Below are positions 38,873 through 51,565 of a stretch of DNA of 64,000 bases, piece after piece. The translations under genes and the position numbers were made by a program. How positions within the stretch are numbered: the first letter of the stretch is position 1; the number at the start of each line of letters is the position of its first letter. The stretch spans positions 8,556,001-8,620,000 of the forward strand of contig NC_043009.1 of NCBI RefSeq assembly GCF_006345805.1, given 5' to 3'. This DNA comes from Octopus sinensis (taxonomy: Eukaryota). Under the pieces are notes generated by a model. It saw nothing but the letters and a program-made list of their open reading frames with translations. It did no database searches and was not told the DNA's origin.

Positions 38873-39103
38873 GGCGGTGAGCTGGCAGAACCGTTAGCAC
38901 GCCGGGCGAAATGCGTAGCCGTATTTCATCTGCTGTTACATTCTGAGTTCAAATTCCGCCGAGATCAACTTTACCTTTCATCCTTTCAGGGTCGATAAAT
39001 TAAGTACCAGTTACGCACTGGGGTCGATGTAATCAACTTAATACCTATGTCTGTCCTTGTTTGTCCCCTCTATGTTTAGCCCCTGGTGGGTAATAAAGAA
39101 ATA
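38873..39103 (+). mobile_element. Family B SINE with perfect 20-bp TSD
   Basis: TSD ggtatattacctgtatttaa at 38853-38872 and 39104-39123. Confidence 0.95.
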
Positions 39104-40008
39104 GGTATATTACCTGTATTTAACCATGGACGTACATATGCAAACATATTATGGTCATAAGTTATAGGTAAAGACAAGGATAAACATGAATTTATCAAAA
39201 ATCAAAATTTTAGGAAAACAGAAAATGGAGAAGGACTGATTAATAACAACTGACTTCCATCAATTATTATTTATTAATTCAATGCAAATAGACTGTGTCA
39301 ATTGCTGTTAATCAGTACAGCTCCAGTTTATGTTTGCTTTATATATGATGGTATATGATGGCTGCCCCCTCGTTATCGAGTATGGCCATTGCACAAAGCT
39401 TAACTGTTATTGGTGCTGTGATCGAATGTGACTTTTTAGCCCAGCTAAAGATCCACAATGTCTTGTACAGAATTGGCAACTAAAACCTTAACCAGTAATA
39501 GCCGGCTGTAGTTGTAACTGGGCTTCATGTACCTTTGCATGTACTGTTTTGGTACATCATTGATTATTTGCTTTTTAAGGCTACAGCCAGCCATTCAATT
39601 GAGACTCACAGCACTATCAACAATCATAAATTAGTTAATCAATTTAATCAATCAATCAATGTTGTTATCGTGCAATGCCTGTGCAAGAAGATTTTTTTTT
39701 TTAAAGTGAGGAAAGGCTGTGCACTGAGTGAACCCCACTCACTAAGCAACAGCAGCCATAATCCGAAAAGAAGAACAAGTCAACATCATCGGTAACCACT
39801 GAGCTGCAGGTTTTATGTTGGAGTTATCCCAGTTACCTTCTCCTAGAAGGATGCCCTAACAAAGGCTAGGAGTCCTTCACTCCCAATGGTTTAATCGCGC
39901 GATCGGGTATTCAATCCGATTATTTCTATGTCCCCGCGCATGATACAGCCTTAAGCTGGATAAGATTGATATAAGGAGGAAAAAAAATAAATAAATAAAA
40001 TAAAATAT

Positions 40009-40046
<38 letters not shown>

Positions 40047-40385
40047 CATTGATATACAAAATATACATAAAATATATGATGTGAAGTATATAAAAATTTA
40101 TATAATGAGCAAGCTATAAAAGTATACAATATATAAAAATTAGTGAGAAAAAGGCAGATATACAGTAAATATATAATTACACATTTATTGGATGGCTGTT
40201 GACTCTCAAAAGTTCCTCCGCCTTTTGACGGGTTTTGTTTTTTATCCCACAGGGTGTCTAATAAACACCCTCCTCACCAAGCAAGCTTGGTGAGGTTGCT
40301 GATTTAGTCACCGACGGCCCGACCATTCAACGGGTTGTCCTGGGTTACATGTTACCAGTAGCGCTCAAAAGTGACCTGACATATA

Positions 40386-40643
40386 TATCAAAATAAGCAA
40401 CAAGTATATCCAAGGTAATGTGGTACGATCGAGCAATCTTCAGCCACCTGAAGATTGCTCGACATTTTAAAACTGATGTAATGCTTACAGTGTTTAATAA
40501 AATGAAGGAGCATGAAACGATCGTACCACATTACCTCGGATATACTTGTAGCTTATTTTGATAATAATCACCCCGTGGATTTATATGGATAATACCATAC
40601 AAAATTCTGGTGTCTTTGACTTAAGTACCATATTCATCTGAAT
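40386..40643 (+). mobile_element. TA-inserted hammerhead-bearing short element (family G), rearranged, with 5' inversion
   Basis: Inverted arms of ~45 bp, CTGAAGA (40448)...GAAA (40514) cgatc GTA (40523), and a 3' tail cttaagtaccatattcatctgaat shared with 46585-46920. Confidence 0.7.
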
Positions 40644-41026
40644 ATATATATATATACACATATTAGTCCATTCTGCTGAGTGATTGGTGTTAGGAAGGGA
40701 ACCCAGCAGTAAACATCCTGCCAAAACAGTCACAGAAATCTGGTGCAGGCTTCTGCTTGGCTGGCTCTTGTGGAACCGTCCCACCCATGCTAGCATGGAA
40801 GGCAAACATTAAACAATGATGATGATATAGGTGCAGGTGTGGTTGTGTGGTAAGAAGCTTGCCTAAATGGCAAATTATATGAAATAAAGAAGCTTGCTTC
40901 CCAACCACATGGTTCTGGGTTCAGTCCCACTGTGTTGCACCTTAGGCAAGTATCTTCTGCAATAACCAAAGTTTTGTGAGTAGATTTGGTAGAAACTAAA
41001 AGAAGCTCAACATATATATATATATG

Positions 41027-41400
41027 ACTAGTTCTATGATCCAGCAACGCCGGGTCGTAGTGCTAGTGCATGCACATACAGCTGCATGCGTGCACATATA
41101 CTCGCGAGTACTGTCCAAATCTCTGACCAGTCACATACAGCTAGCTGGCATTCAATTGGCGTATCAAGTTTCGGGCATTTCGATTGGGTTTTGGATATAA
41201 AATTCACAAAAATGTCACTTCTATTGATTTTTTAATGGCTTTGCGGGGTGACTGGGGAAATGTAAAGATGTGCACGACCACCCTTGGACGGTTTTGAATG
41301 ACCATAGAAAGTGCGAACCCTCCAACTGAAAAATTGTGGATTTGTATAAAGGATACACACACACAGACAGACATTTTGCCGTTTATGTATATAGAGATAT
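41027..41400 (+). mobile_element. Possible Helitron 3' end (hairpin + CTAG|T) and adjacent Helitron-like fragment
   Basis: gatccagc aac gccgggtc (41038-41056), then ctag|t (41063-41067); downstream ...ggatttgtataaagg-(ac)n-agacagacattttgccg. Confidence 0.4.
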
Positions 41401-42181
41401 TTATGTGTTGTCCCCCCTCCAATCACCACTTGACAACCAGTGTTGGTGTGTTTACATCCCTTAATTTAGCAGTTTAGCAAAAGAGACCAATAGAATAAGT
41501 ACTAAGCTTAAAAAGAAATAATAAGTCCCAGGGTCAATTTGTTTGATTCAAAACCCTTCAAGGCAGTGCTCCAGCATGGCTGCAGTCAAATGAGTGAACA
41601 GGTAAAAGAATAAAAGAATATATTATATCTTTGAAAAATAAGGATAAACACAAGTTTATGTTACAGTTCCTATGTGTGTTTCACTATTGTGGTTGCTTGG
41701 AGCCTTACAATAGATGTTCCAAATTCATACAGATGATCGGCCACGATAGGTCCTCAGGGGACACTTTATTGTAACACATCACATCCATATGCACAAGCAC
41801 AGCTATGTGTAAGTTTGCCTCTCAACCACATGGCTCTGGTTTCAGTCTCACTGCATAACAAACACTTGGACCAAGTTTCTCCTACCACAGACTCAGGCTG
41901 ACCAAAGCCTTATGAGTGGATTTAGTAGATGGAAACTGGCTAACCATCCAACCCATGCCAGCATCATCATCATCATCATCATCATGCACATAAATCATCA
42001 TCATCGTCGATTAATATCCGTCTTCCAAGCATGCATGGGTAGGACGATTGACAGGAGCCGGCCAGGTAGAAGACTACCCCCAGACAACTGTGTTTTGGCA
42101 GGGTCTTTACAGTTGAATGCCCTTCCTAACACACACACATACATACATATATATACATACACATATATATAACGTATGTTG

Positions 42182-42215
<34 letters not shown>

Positions 42216-42473
42216 GGTGCAGGAGTGGCTGTGTGGTAAGTAGCTTGCTTACCAACCACTTGGTTCCAGGTTCAGTCCTACTGCGTGGAACCTTGGGCAA
42301 GCATCTTCTACTGTAACCTCGGGCCGACCAAAGCCTTGTGAGTGGATTTGGTAGACGGAAACTGAAAGAAGCCCATCGTATGTGTGTGTGTGTGTATATA
42401 TTTGTGTGTCTGTGTGTGGTATGTATGTGTGTGAGTATATTTCATCAGCACACTAGTGCATACACTGAGAGTT

Positions 42474-42519
42474 ACTCTTTGTTGATGAGGTTAGTATAAA
42501 ACTGAAATAAGTCCAGAGT
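42474..42519 (+). ncRNA. Decayed minimal type I hammerhead-like motif
   Basis: actctttg-TTGATGA-g gtt agtataa aac t-GAAA-taa-GTC-cagagt; C3->T and weak stems. Confidence 0.35.
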
Positions 42520-44152
42520 TATCTGCTGTACTTGCCATAAAAATGATTGATACTAACTATTAATTAATATTGTATTTTCCTCATCATAATGATTTCTTGG
42601 TAGCATTTTAATGCTCACTACATTAAATATATCACTAACTTCACTACCATCTAGTAAGTTTAACACCCAATTTCAAATCACCAATTAAGTCTGTATATTT
42701 TATTGACTCATTATTTTGAGCAGCCTGGAGGTGCAACTCACATTTGGTGTGTATGTGTACATGGCTGTGAGCCTGCTGGAGTGGGGAATTGAGTAGGATA
42801 TTGGATGAGAAACAAGGAGCTGTAATATGTCACATTCCAATGCATAACACAAAGCCTGAACGAACAATATCTCTCTTAATCATATCACTAATCTCTGTAG
42901 AATGCTTCAAAAATTATTATGGTTTTGATTTTGATATCCAAAATATAAGTTGAAGCTTATTTACTCAGCAGACTCTAATTATATAGCTAAAGCATTCCTA
43001 TTAATTAAGGATTTAATATCCAGTATCATTTCATCAGAGACAGAAAAATGCAACGAACCAATCCTGTGCTCCTCCACTTTTGTATATACATCAAACACCA
43101 CCACCACCACCACCAGTAATTCTATCACTGCAACACACACCATCCATATAAGGCTATGAATGATATAGATATGTCACCATGGATTTCATATTCCGATTGA
43201 TGAAAATTGAATTAAAAACACTCTACAGGGAAAAAATGTGTCAGCTGCAATGGAGCTAATATATATATATATATTATATATATATATATATAATATATAT
43301 TATTAGTGCCCAACTTCATGTATGTAATTGATTTAAAAAGCAGTATATTGGCTTGCAGTGGTGAGTTTTGCTCCTGGAGATCTCTAGAGAAGCCACTTAA
43401 CTATTCAGATGAAACTAATGGCTCCTTACCATGCACACTTTCCTCGTGGCATCAGCTTTGGATTTGGTTACTGAAAGCTGCAGCTGTCTGTTTACATGTG
43501 TATGCATCATCCCAAAACTAAACTTTTTGTGCACTCACACACACACACGTAGATGCACGGGTGTTAAACCCATCACACAAGTAAATGAGCAAGTCTCACT
43601 ACGGTAGCTCAGTGAGTTCAAACTAGCCTCTAAATCTCTCTAAGATTATTCCTTAGTCTCTTAGAAAAGAAAACATTTGATAATATTGGCCATGGTACAC
43701 TACTCTAGAAGGAAAACGAAAAAAAGGTGCTATGATCATTGCTAGAATGTCTTTGATCATTGGCCTGGCCTATCAAGATTGACTCGGGGCTAAACATCAA
43801 CAATTCCTCAATAAAAAGGTACCCACTACTTGATGGATACCTTCTAAGACTACATGGTGACCTCACAACTCTGTGTGCGTGTGTGTGTGTGTGTATGCAT
43901 TGTTGTTGAACCCCAGCTCAGTCTTGAGCAAGCAAACTTAGGATCACAACAGTGTCATCTATTATTTTTCCCCCCTTTCAAGTAGTTAACTGACCACCCT
44001 ATCAAATAAGTCCTCCCCTTTATTAACTAAGATGTGATGTGTGTGTTGTTTGGCAACTGTTTTTGATAGGTCATCCCACTATGTAGTGGCCCCTTTGTTG
44101 GCTCATATATCTGTGTTTGTATGTGTGTTTATGTACATATATATACGCATAG

Positions 44153-44411
44153 ATTTGTGAAGGCCCAATGCGCTTCGCATTGTTTTAGCCTTCAAATGAC
44201 GCCACCCCACTGGATAAGCAAGCAGGCCAACAGGGTGAGAGAAAGTTGTTGTGAAAGAGTACAGCAGGGATCGTCACCATCCCCTGCCGGAGCCTCGTGG
44301 AGCTTTAGGTGTTTTCGCTCAATAAACACTCACAACGCCCAGTCTGGGAATCGAAACCGAGATTCTACAACCACGAGTCCGCTGCCCTAACCACTGGACC
44401 ATTGCGCCTCC
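44153..44411 (-). mobile_element. tRNA-derived SINE (family E)
   Basis: Minus head ggaggcgcaatggtccagtggttagggcagcggactcg...ggtttcgattccc; abuts (TA)n. Confidence 0.8.
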
Positions 44412-46183
44412 ATATATATATATATATATATATAGACCTTTGGCAATATACCGTGCTTGAGAAGACTTGTAAATCCAAGTGATATCATAGTTGTGGCCAA
44501 TACTGGTGTTTCATAACTGGCATGTTAAAAGCACCCACTACACTCTCCGAGTGGTTGGCATTAGGAAGGGCATCAAGCTGTAGAAACCACGCTAAATCTG
44601 ATTGAAACCTGGTGCAGCTTACCAGTTTTCAGTTAAACCATCCAACCCATGCCAGCATGGAAAATGGGTGTTAAATGATGATCGCACACACACACACATG
44701 CTCAGATATAGGAATAAATGTACCAGTGACCAGGGTAAATTGAAACATCGTGATTTTGCAATTTAGTGAAAAGTACTGCCACAAGCTTCATCATCCAACA
44801 TTAAATGAAAGTCAGTGTGAATTTTTCCACATTAAATATATTTATAACATTAAAGTCATGATGTGTAAAAATGTGGTGAAACTTCAAGGGAATACAAATG
44901 TTCAGCATTTAACCACAATATCACATTGCAAAGTCATCGGCACACACAATGACAGTTTTCAATATGTAATCTAAAGCTCAGAACATTAGCTTATTGTAAA
45001 CTCCTGTTTAAAATGTCCTTCTTGATGCATTAAAAAAAATATTTATGAGTATTTCAAAAATGGGGCAGTTTTAATGGAAAAGCAAAAAGAAAAAAGAGAG
45101 AAAGAAAAAGGAATTCTATAGAGGTAATCCTCATTTGGTTGGTATTAAAAAGGTTAAAGTGTATTTTTCACAGTTATTCAGAATGAAAGATTACTAAAAG
45201 AGATATTAGGAATTTGTGAGTCTCATGCTTTTTCCATAAATTTGAATTATAATAATCCATGTAGAATATATTCTGTCAGTTTTTAAATTATCCGATTGCT
45301 CTGATGTATATGATAACTCCGTAATGTTCTTGTTGTTCAGCCCCAGAATATCTCTGGTTAAGAGACTGAAAAGCATTCAAGCTCTGTATTTTCTATGTTT
45401 GCTTTCTTTTCTATTTTTCTTCTTTTTTTTTCTGCCCAGTTCCTGCATCTTTTAGTACATTTATTCTTTTATGTCGTTTTCCCCACTTTCAAGACAGCAA
45501 AAGATGTAATCGGAGTGAGATTCTACCAGGTCAAATGAGCAGTTTTCTTTCTTTCTTGCTTGTGTGACAGCTATTTCCATTGTGCTACTTGAAAGGACTT
45601 AATACTTCATTGCACCAGATTAAACAGCTGAACTATAAGAGTATGAAGTCAAGTAGAAGGGGAAATACCAATAGAGAGTCAGCTGTACTAAGTAACCCCT
45701 GGATTGATTTCCTATGCTGTTTACATCTTAGTGGATAGAGCTATTTCAGGGAGTTGATTATCTCAGACAAGCCTCGTAATTCATACAAATATCCAAATTT
45801 ACTCAGCCTTCCAAATATATCATCATCTTATCATAAGCAAATATGAATCATTAAACCACAAATTTAAACAAATACACACACATACAGAGGCTCAGGCCTG
45901 TCTGTGTTTCTTACCACGTGATTTGGGGTTCAGTCCCACTGTGTGGTGCCTTGGTCAAATATCTTTGAATGTACCTGCCATCTGACTGCAGCTGTAATAA
46001 AAGTATGCCTTATGAGTGAAATTTGGTAGATAGAAACTGTACTGAAGGCTAGATGTGTGTGTGTGTGTATAAGTATTTGTATGCATACATATATACATGA
46101 GTGTGTGCATATATCATCATCATCGTTTAACATCTGCCTTCCATGCTAGCATGAGTGGGGCTATATATATATATATTTATGTA

Positions 46184-46245
46184 CAGGGGTTGGACAAAAT
46201 AATGGAAACACCTTAAAATTGCAAGCAAATTTATTTTAATATGGG
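46184..46245 (+). mobile_element. Tc1-like transposon terminal fragment
   Basis: TA|caggggttggacaaaataatggaaacacc resembles Tc1-type TIRs. Confidence 0.55.
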
Positions 46246-46584
46246 GCAGTAATTACAGCTTAACTTTCTATTGTCTCTGGGGAGAGTTATTCTATTTTAG
46301 TACCTTATTATTTAACACATGCACCAGTTCAGTCTCCATTCATTTACTTATTTATTTTTTCTAAAATTTTCGTTGTGTCTTGCAACCTTTTCAATAGTTG
46401 TTGACTCTGTCCATTATCCAAGCTGTATTGTTTTTCTTTGTTTGTTTGTGTGCATGTATGTGGGTTAGTGTGTATGCACATACGCATATGTATCTATGTG
46501 TGTGTATGCACATATATATATACACATGAATATACAGAATACATACAAATGTACACACATGCATACATACATATATATATATAT

Positions 46585-46920
46585 AAATCAAAATAAGCAA
46601 CAAGGATATGTAATGCAGTACAATCGTTTCATGCAACTCCATTTAATTGAACAATGCAATCATTACACATTATACTAACGTGTCCATCTGTTCTATTTTA
46701 ATTAAATTCTGTCTTTGTGCAGCTGAAGATTGCACTACATTTTAAATTGATGTAACGATTGCATTGTTCAATTAAATAGAGTTGCATGAAACAATCGTAC
46801 TGCATTACCTCTGGATATCCTTGTTGCTTATTTTGATTTTAATCACCTTACTTTGAAATTGTATGGATAATACCGTACTAAACTCTGGTGCCTCAACTTA
46901 AGTACCATATTCATCTGAAT
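46585..46920 (+). mobile_element. TA-inserted hammerhead-bearing short element (family G) with 5' inverted arm
   Basis: The left ~85 bp is the reverse complement of 46750-46840; the tail ends cttaagtaccatattcatctgaat; flanked by TA/TCTA tracts. Confidence 0.75.
46717..46805 (+). ncRNA. Type I hammerhead ribozyme motif with intact core (GUA site)
   Basis: gtgcag-CTGAAGA (46723-46729)-t tgca...tgca t-GAAA (46788-46791)-caatc-GTA (46797-46799)-ctgcat. Confidence 0.7.
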
Positions 46921-47224
46921 CTATCTATCTATCTATATATATATATATATATATATGCATACACACATACATGCATGCATACATACATATGTTTATGCGC
47001 ATGCACAGTGACCCACATATATGCACACAAACAAACAAAAACAATGCAGCTCAGATAATGGACAGAGTCAATGACTATTGAAAAGGTTGCAAGACACAAT
47101 GAAAATTTTAGAAAAAAGTAAATAGATAAGTAAATGAGTGGAAACTGAACCAGTGAGTGTGTTAAATAATAGGGCACTGAAAGAGAATGGCTCTCCTCAG
47201 ACACAATAATATATATATATATAT

Positions 47225-47627
47225 AGTGGCTGTGTGGTAAGTAGCTTGCTTACCAACCACATGGTTCCGGGTTCAGTCCCACTGCGTGGCATCTTGGGCA
47301 AGTATCTTCTGCTATAGCCCCAGGCCGACCAATGCCTTGTGAGTGCATTTGGTAGACAGAAACTGAAAGAAGCCTGTCGTATATATGTATATATATATGT
47401 GTGTGTGTATGTTTGTGTGTCTGTGTTTGTCCCCCTAGCATTGCTTGACAACCGATGCTGGTGTGTTTACGTCCCCCGTAACTTAGCGATTCGGCAAAAG
47501 AGACCGATAGAATAAGTACTGGGCTTACAAAGAATAAGTCCCGGGGTCGATTTGCTCGACTAAAGGCGGTGCTCCAGCATGGCCACAGACAAATGACTGA
47601 AACAAGTAAAAGAGAAAGAGTAAAGAG
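47225..47627 (+). mobile_element. tRNA-derived SINE (family A), nearly full length
   Basis: Near-identical to 54883-55301. Confidence 0.92.
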
Positions 47628-47821
47628 TATATGTTTGTGTTTGTTTATGTCACATAACTTAGCAGTTTGACTAATAGAGAACAATAAAATAAAACTTGAA
47701 AATATGTATTGGGGTTGGCACAATCAACTAAGTTTGTGAAGAGTGTACTCCTGCGAAGCCTCAGTCTAATGACTGAGACCTGTACGAGTAAAGGGATACA
47801 TGCATAACAGACACACAGATA

Positions 47822-48037
47822 TGAAGGGGTGCTGAAAAGATTCTGCTTTAAGGGTATTGTGAAAGGCCCGGTTGGAAGCCCTGCCTTCTGAGTTATCTTA
47901 CGAGGCTTATAAAAACTGAAGGACCACTGCAATAAGTGTGTGAATCTGATAGGGGAATATGTTGGATAGAATCATAATTAACTGATCCTCCTGTATTTTC
48001 TTTTACCCAAAGCCAGGAACTTTTCAGCACCCCCTCG
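47822..48037. mobile_element. mariner-like MITE
   Basis: TA|tgaaggggtgctgaaaaga ... ggaacttttcagcaccccctcg (TIRs). Confidence 0.7.
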
Positions 48038-48723
48038 GAGATATTAGATCTTAGAGAATAATATAATTATGTTTTTAGAAGAAATAAATATTCCTGTTTG
48101 GCATCTGAAACATTTCAGTTTGTTACGTAAGGCTATACCCACCCACCAGCTGCTAGCAAGAGATAACGGTAACTTCTGATAATGCCATTGCATTTATTTT
48201 TATGAAAACCGACGCTGAGGCTGTTTGAGAAAATCTCTCTCTAGGATACAGCGAGAGACATAGGTGTCTGTGACTCGAAACATATGTGTAAATGATTTAT
48301 GTGTGTGCAGCTTTGAACTGAGTTTTGGTTGTTTTTTGAAAGAAAAAGAGAGAAAGAAACTCTCATCAGAGAGGTATTTAATCTGCTGCCAGTCTCATTG
48401 TCTTTGGACATGGACCTGAGAAATTTGAATAATTGAATGATGCCAGTCAGTCATCAACTTCCTTTTTATTATGTGCATAATAATATTTGTAAAACACACA
48501 CACACTCTCTCTCTCTCTCTTTTCAAAAGTTTTATCTCTGCAGATAACTACCTGGTGGTTTAAACTTGTTAATGTATTATTATTTTCCATTTCAGACAAT
48601 GTAAAATAATAATACATTAACAAGTTTGAAGCGCCAAGTAGTGTCCACACAGATAAAGCAGTAGAATGAGGGGTGTCTATTTACTTTTGAGATGTGTGTG
48701 TGGTGTGTGTGTGTGTGTATATA

Positions 48724-49005
48724 TCATCATCATCATCGTTTAGCATCCGCTTTCCATGCTAGCATGGGTTGGATGATTTGACTGAGGACTGGCAAACCAG
48801 ATGGCTGCACTAGGCTCCAATCTGATGGCTGCACCAAGCTCCAAGTTGGATGCCCTTCCTAACGCCAACCACTCCGAGAGTATAGTGGGTGCTTTTACAT
48901 GCCACCGGCACGAGGGCCAGTCGGGCGGTACTGGCAACGGCCACGCTCAAATGGTGTTTTTTATGTGCCACCTGCACTGGCATTGTTTTGCAGCTGGATG
49001 CCCTT
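48724..49005 (-). mobile_element. Family F retroelement
   Basis: Reverse complement of the 30290-30555 type sequence, with a (CAT)n tail at the left. Confidence 0.85.
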
Positions 49006-49414
49006 CTGTTGTTTAAAGGCACAGAATGAAGTTTCTCTTATCTCAAGTTGAAATTGGAGACAACCAGCCAAAACATTCAGCTGTAATCATGTCGAGTCTG
49101 CAGATCCCTTGCCAGTTACGACCACTACACACAACTGCTAGCAACTCATGACCTGCCTTACTCATAGGCCCCGTAAGAAAGAGGCTGACTTGAACCTGTT
49201 GCTCACCGTCAGGACATCATCTCGTGCCCCTTCCAGTCCCTTTGCGATGTCCCTCTTTCTCCCTTCCTGTCAATTATCCTTCTACCACACCTTCCTAACA
49301 TCAACCATCTTACAGAATGGGCTTATATATGCTCAAGTGATTATCAGACTGTTCTGAGACAAAGGCTGTCTCAGAACAACCTGCAGCCATTCACCAAAAG
49401 CCAGAGTGTCTAAT

Positions 49415-49845
49415 GTTGGCCTGTTTAACAAGTGTAATATTGATGTAATCAAGAGCTTCCTTATTCGGCCGCAATTGCACTGGGCTGGTCATGTTATACC
49501 CAAAGCCCTCATGTATAGTCAGCTTGATAGTGGGCAGAGGAATGGTTGACCATGATTCAGATATAAGGACGAGTTAAAGAGTAACTTCACGGCTGTCAAT
49601 ATAGCTCACAACTCCTTTGAGCAGACTTGGAACAAACAAAATGGAGATCATCGTGTCAAAATGAGAGACTTTATTACAATTAACATTAACAGGCTAAGGA
49701 GTGCAAGGCACCCCTTAGCCTTTTGCCAATATACTGGCCTGGCCTGGCCTGTCCTGACCCATAATCCTCATACTTGCAACATCTGCAGGCTTCTTTGCAA
49801 ATTGTTGGCAGGACTCAGATGTCACATTTGACAAAAGCATTATGA
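49415..49845 (+). mobile_element. Decayed RTE (BovB-like) LINE ORF2 C-terminus with C2H2-like end
   Basis: IKSFLIRPQLHWAGHVI..PKALMYSQLDSGQRNG*P*FRYKDELKSNF..; HTCNICRLLCKLLAGLRCHI*QKH. Confidence 0.8.
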
Positions 49846-51019
49846 CTGACAAAGAAAATGTAGGTTGTCAGATCCTCATACATCAAAACCGACAGGAGAG
49901 AGTCTAACATATGTGTCCATGTGGTTAAGAAAATACGGCACAGTTCAGGAGTCCTTCTAACTGCATGAGCATTGTCAGTTGGTGTCTTTTGCTACAGCAG
50001 CAGGTTGGCAAACATTTTGTAATTGAAATTTTATAGACAGAGACGTGTGTGTGTGTGCGTGCGTGCCCCCCCCCCCCCCCCATCCCATCCCACTGTTTTG
50101 ACACGTGGGTGGCAATTGTAAACAAAAGCCACCATCATACAAACAGTGTCATTTGTTTGAAATTCTCTATAAAAGCACGTCAAGCCATTTGCAGTTCATT
50201 CTTCGAAAGACTAAGGGAAATATCAGAACACTTGGAAAAAGGTGAAGGTTGGTGACAGGGAGGGCATCCAACTGTAGGAAAATCTGCCTTGGCAAGTTCT
50301 GTCTGACCCATTGCAAGCAAGAGGGGGAAAAAATGAACATTATAATGATGGTGATGATAGTAATTATTGGTAATGATGATGATGATGATGACATGATTTT
50401 GTTTGCAATTTATTTAAGAACAGAATTCAGATCAATCAATAACAAAGTGATGAGACTTTTATTTTTTTTTGTTGGAGTCAAGACGGTTCTAGGATTTGGG
50501 AATATGTGAAAGAGTTAGTATATGCACATGTGTGTGTGTGTGCATGAGTGTATATATGTGGATATATTTGCACTCATGTGGTTGTGCTAGTCCTTTATCT
50601 CCTACAATGTTCCTATCTGTCTATACACACACACACATATATACATACATATTCATACAGATACATACATATATATATGTGTGTATGTATATGGCTTGTT
50701 TTTAGAGTAATAAATAATACAGATACTATTTAAAATAATACAGATATGTTATTTCTTGTCTGTTATTTTACATGCAGTCTCTTACTGCATGTCTGTTTGC
50801 GGAAGGAAATGGTGAGGGTGGTTTTCAAAACTCAAATGGATGTAACGACTCTGCAGAGAATTAAAGAACAACATCCCTGTGTGTTGTGTGTATACTTTCT
50901 GTAGAATGCTGAGGTCTTTAGACTTAAGAAGAACATATTGTCCCCAATTTGCTAACCCAACAGAAAAAGTGTTTCGGTGAGCATTAAAGCAAACAGAACA
51001 GTAAGGAAGGAGCAGTGTG

Positions 51020-51565
51020 TTTATATGTATATATGTGTATACATATATATGCTTGTGTGTGTATGTATGCGTGTATATATATATATGTGTGTGTATATAT
51101 ATGCATGTATGTATACATATATATATATGTATGTATATACATATATATATATGTATGTATATATACATATATATGTATATACATATAACTATGTATATAT
51201 ATGTATGTATATACATATATGTATGTATATATATATGTTTGTGTATATATATGTATATGTATATATGTGTATACATGTATGTATATATATGTCAGTGTAT
51301 GTATGTGTGTATATATATACATATGTGTATATATATGTATGTATATATATATTTATGTGTGTGTATATGTATGTATGTATATACATATGTATATATATAT
51401 ATGTATGTATATACATATGTATATATGTATGTATATACATATGTATATATGTATGTATATACATATGTATATATATATATGTATGTCTATGCATGTATGT
51501 ATATGCACGTATGTATGTATGTATGTATGTATATATATATATATATATGCATGTGTATGTGTGTC
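51020..51565. repeat. Long (AT)/(ATGT)/(GT) compound microsatellite
   Basis: Direct reading; source of the YI/MY-rich ORFs. Confidence 0.95.

Larger units (their letters stand above)
46271..47206. repeat. Diverged long inverted repeat (~250-bp arms) enclosing the family G element
   Basis: 46271-46520 aligns by eye with the reverse complement of ~46945-47206. Confidence 0.85.
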
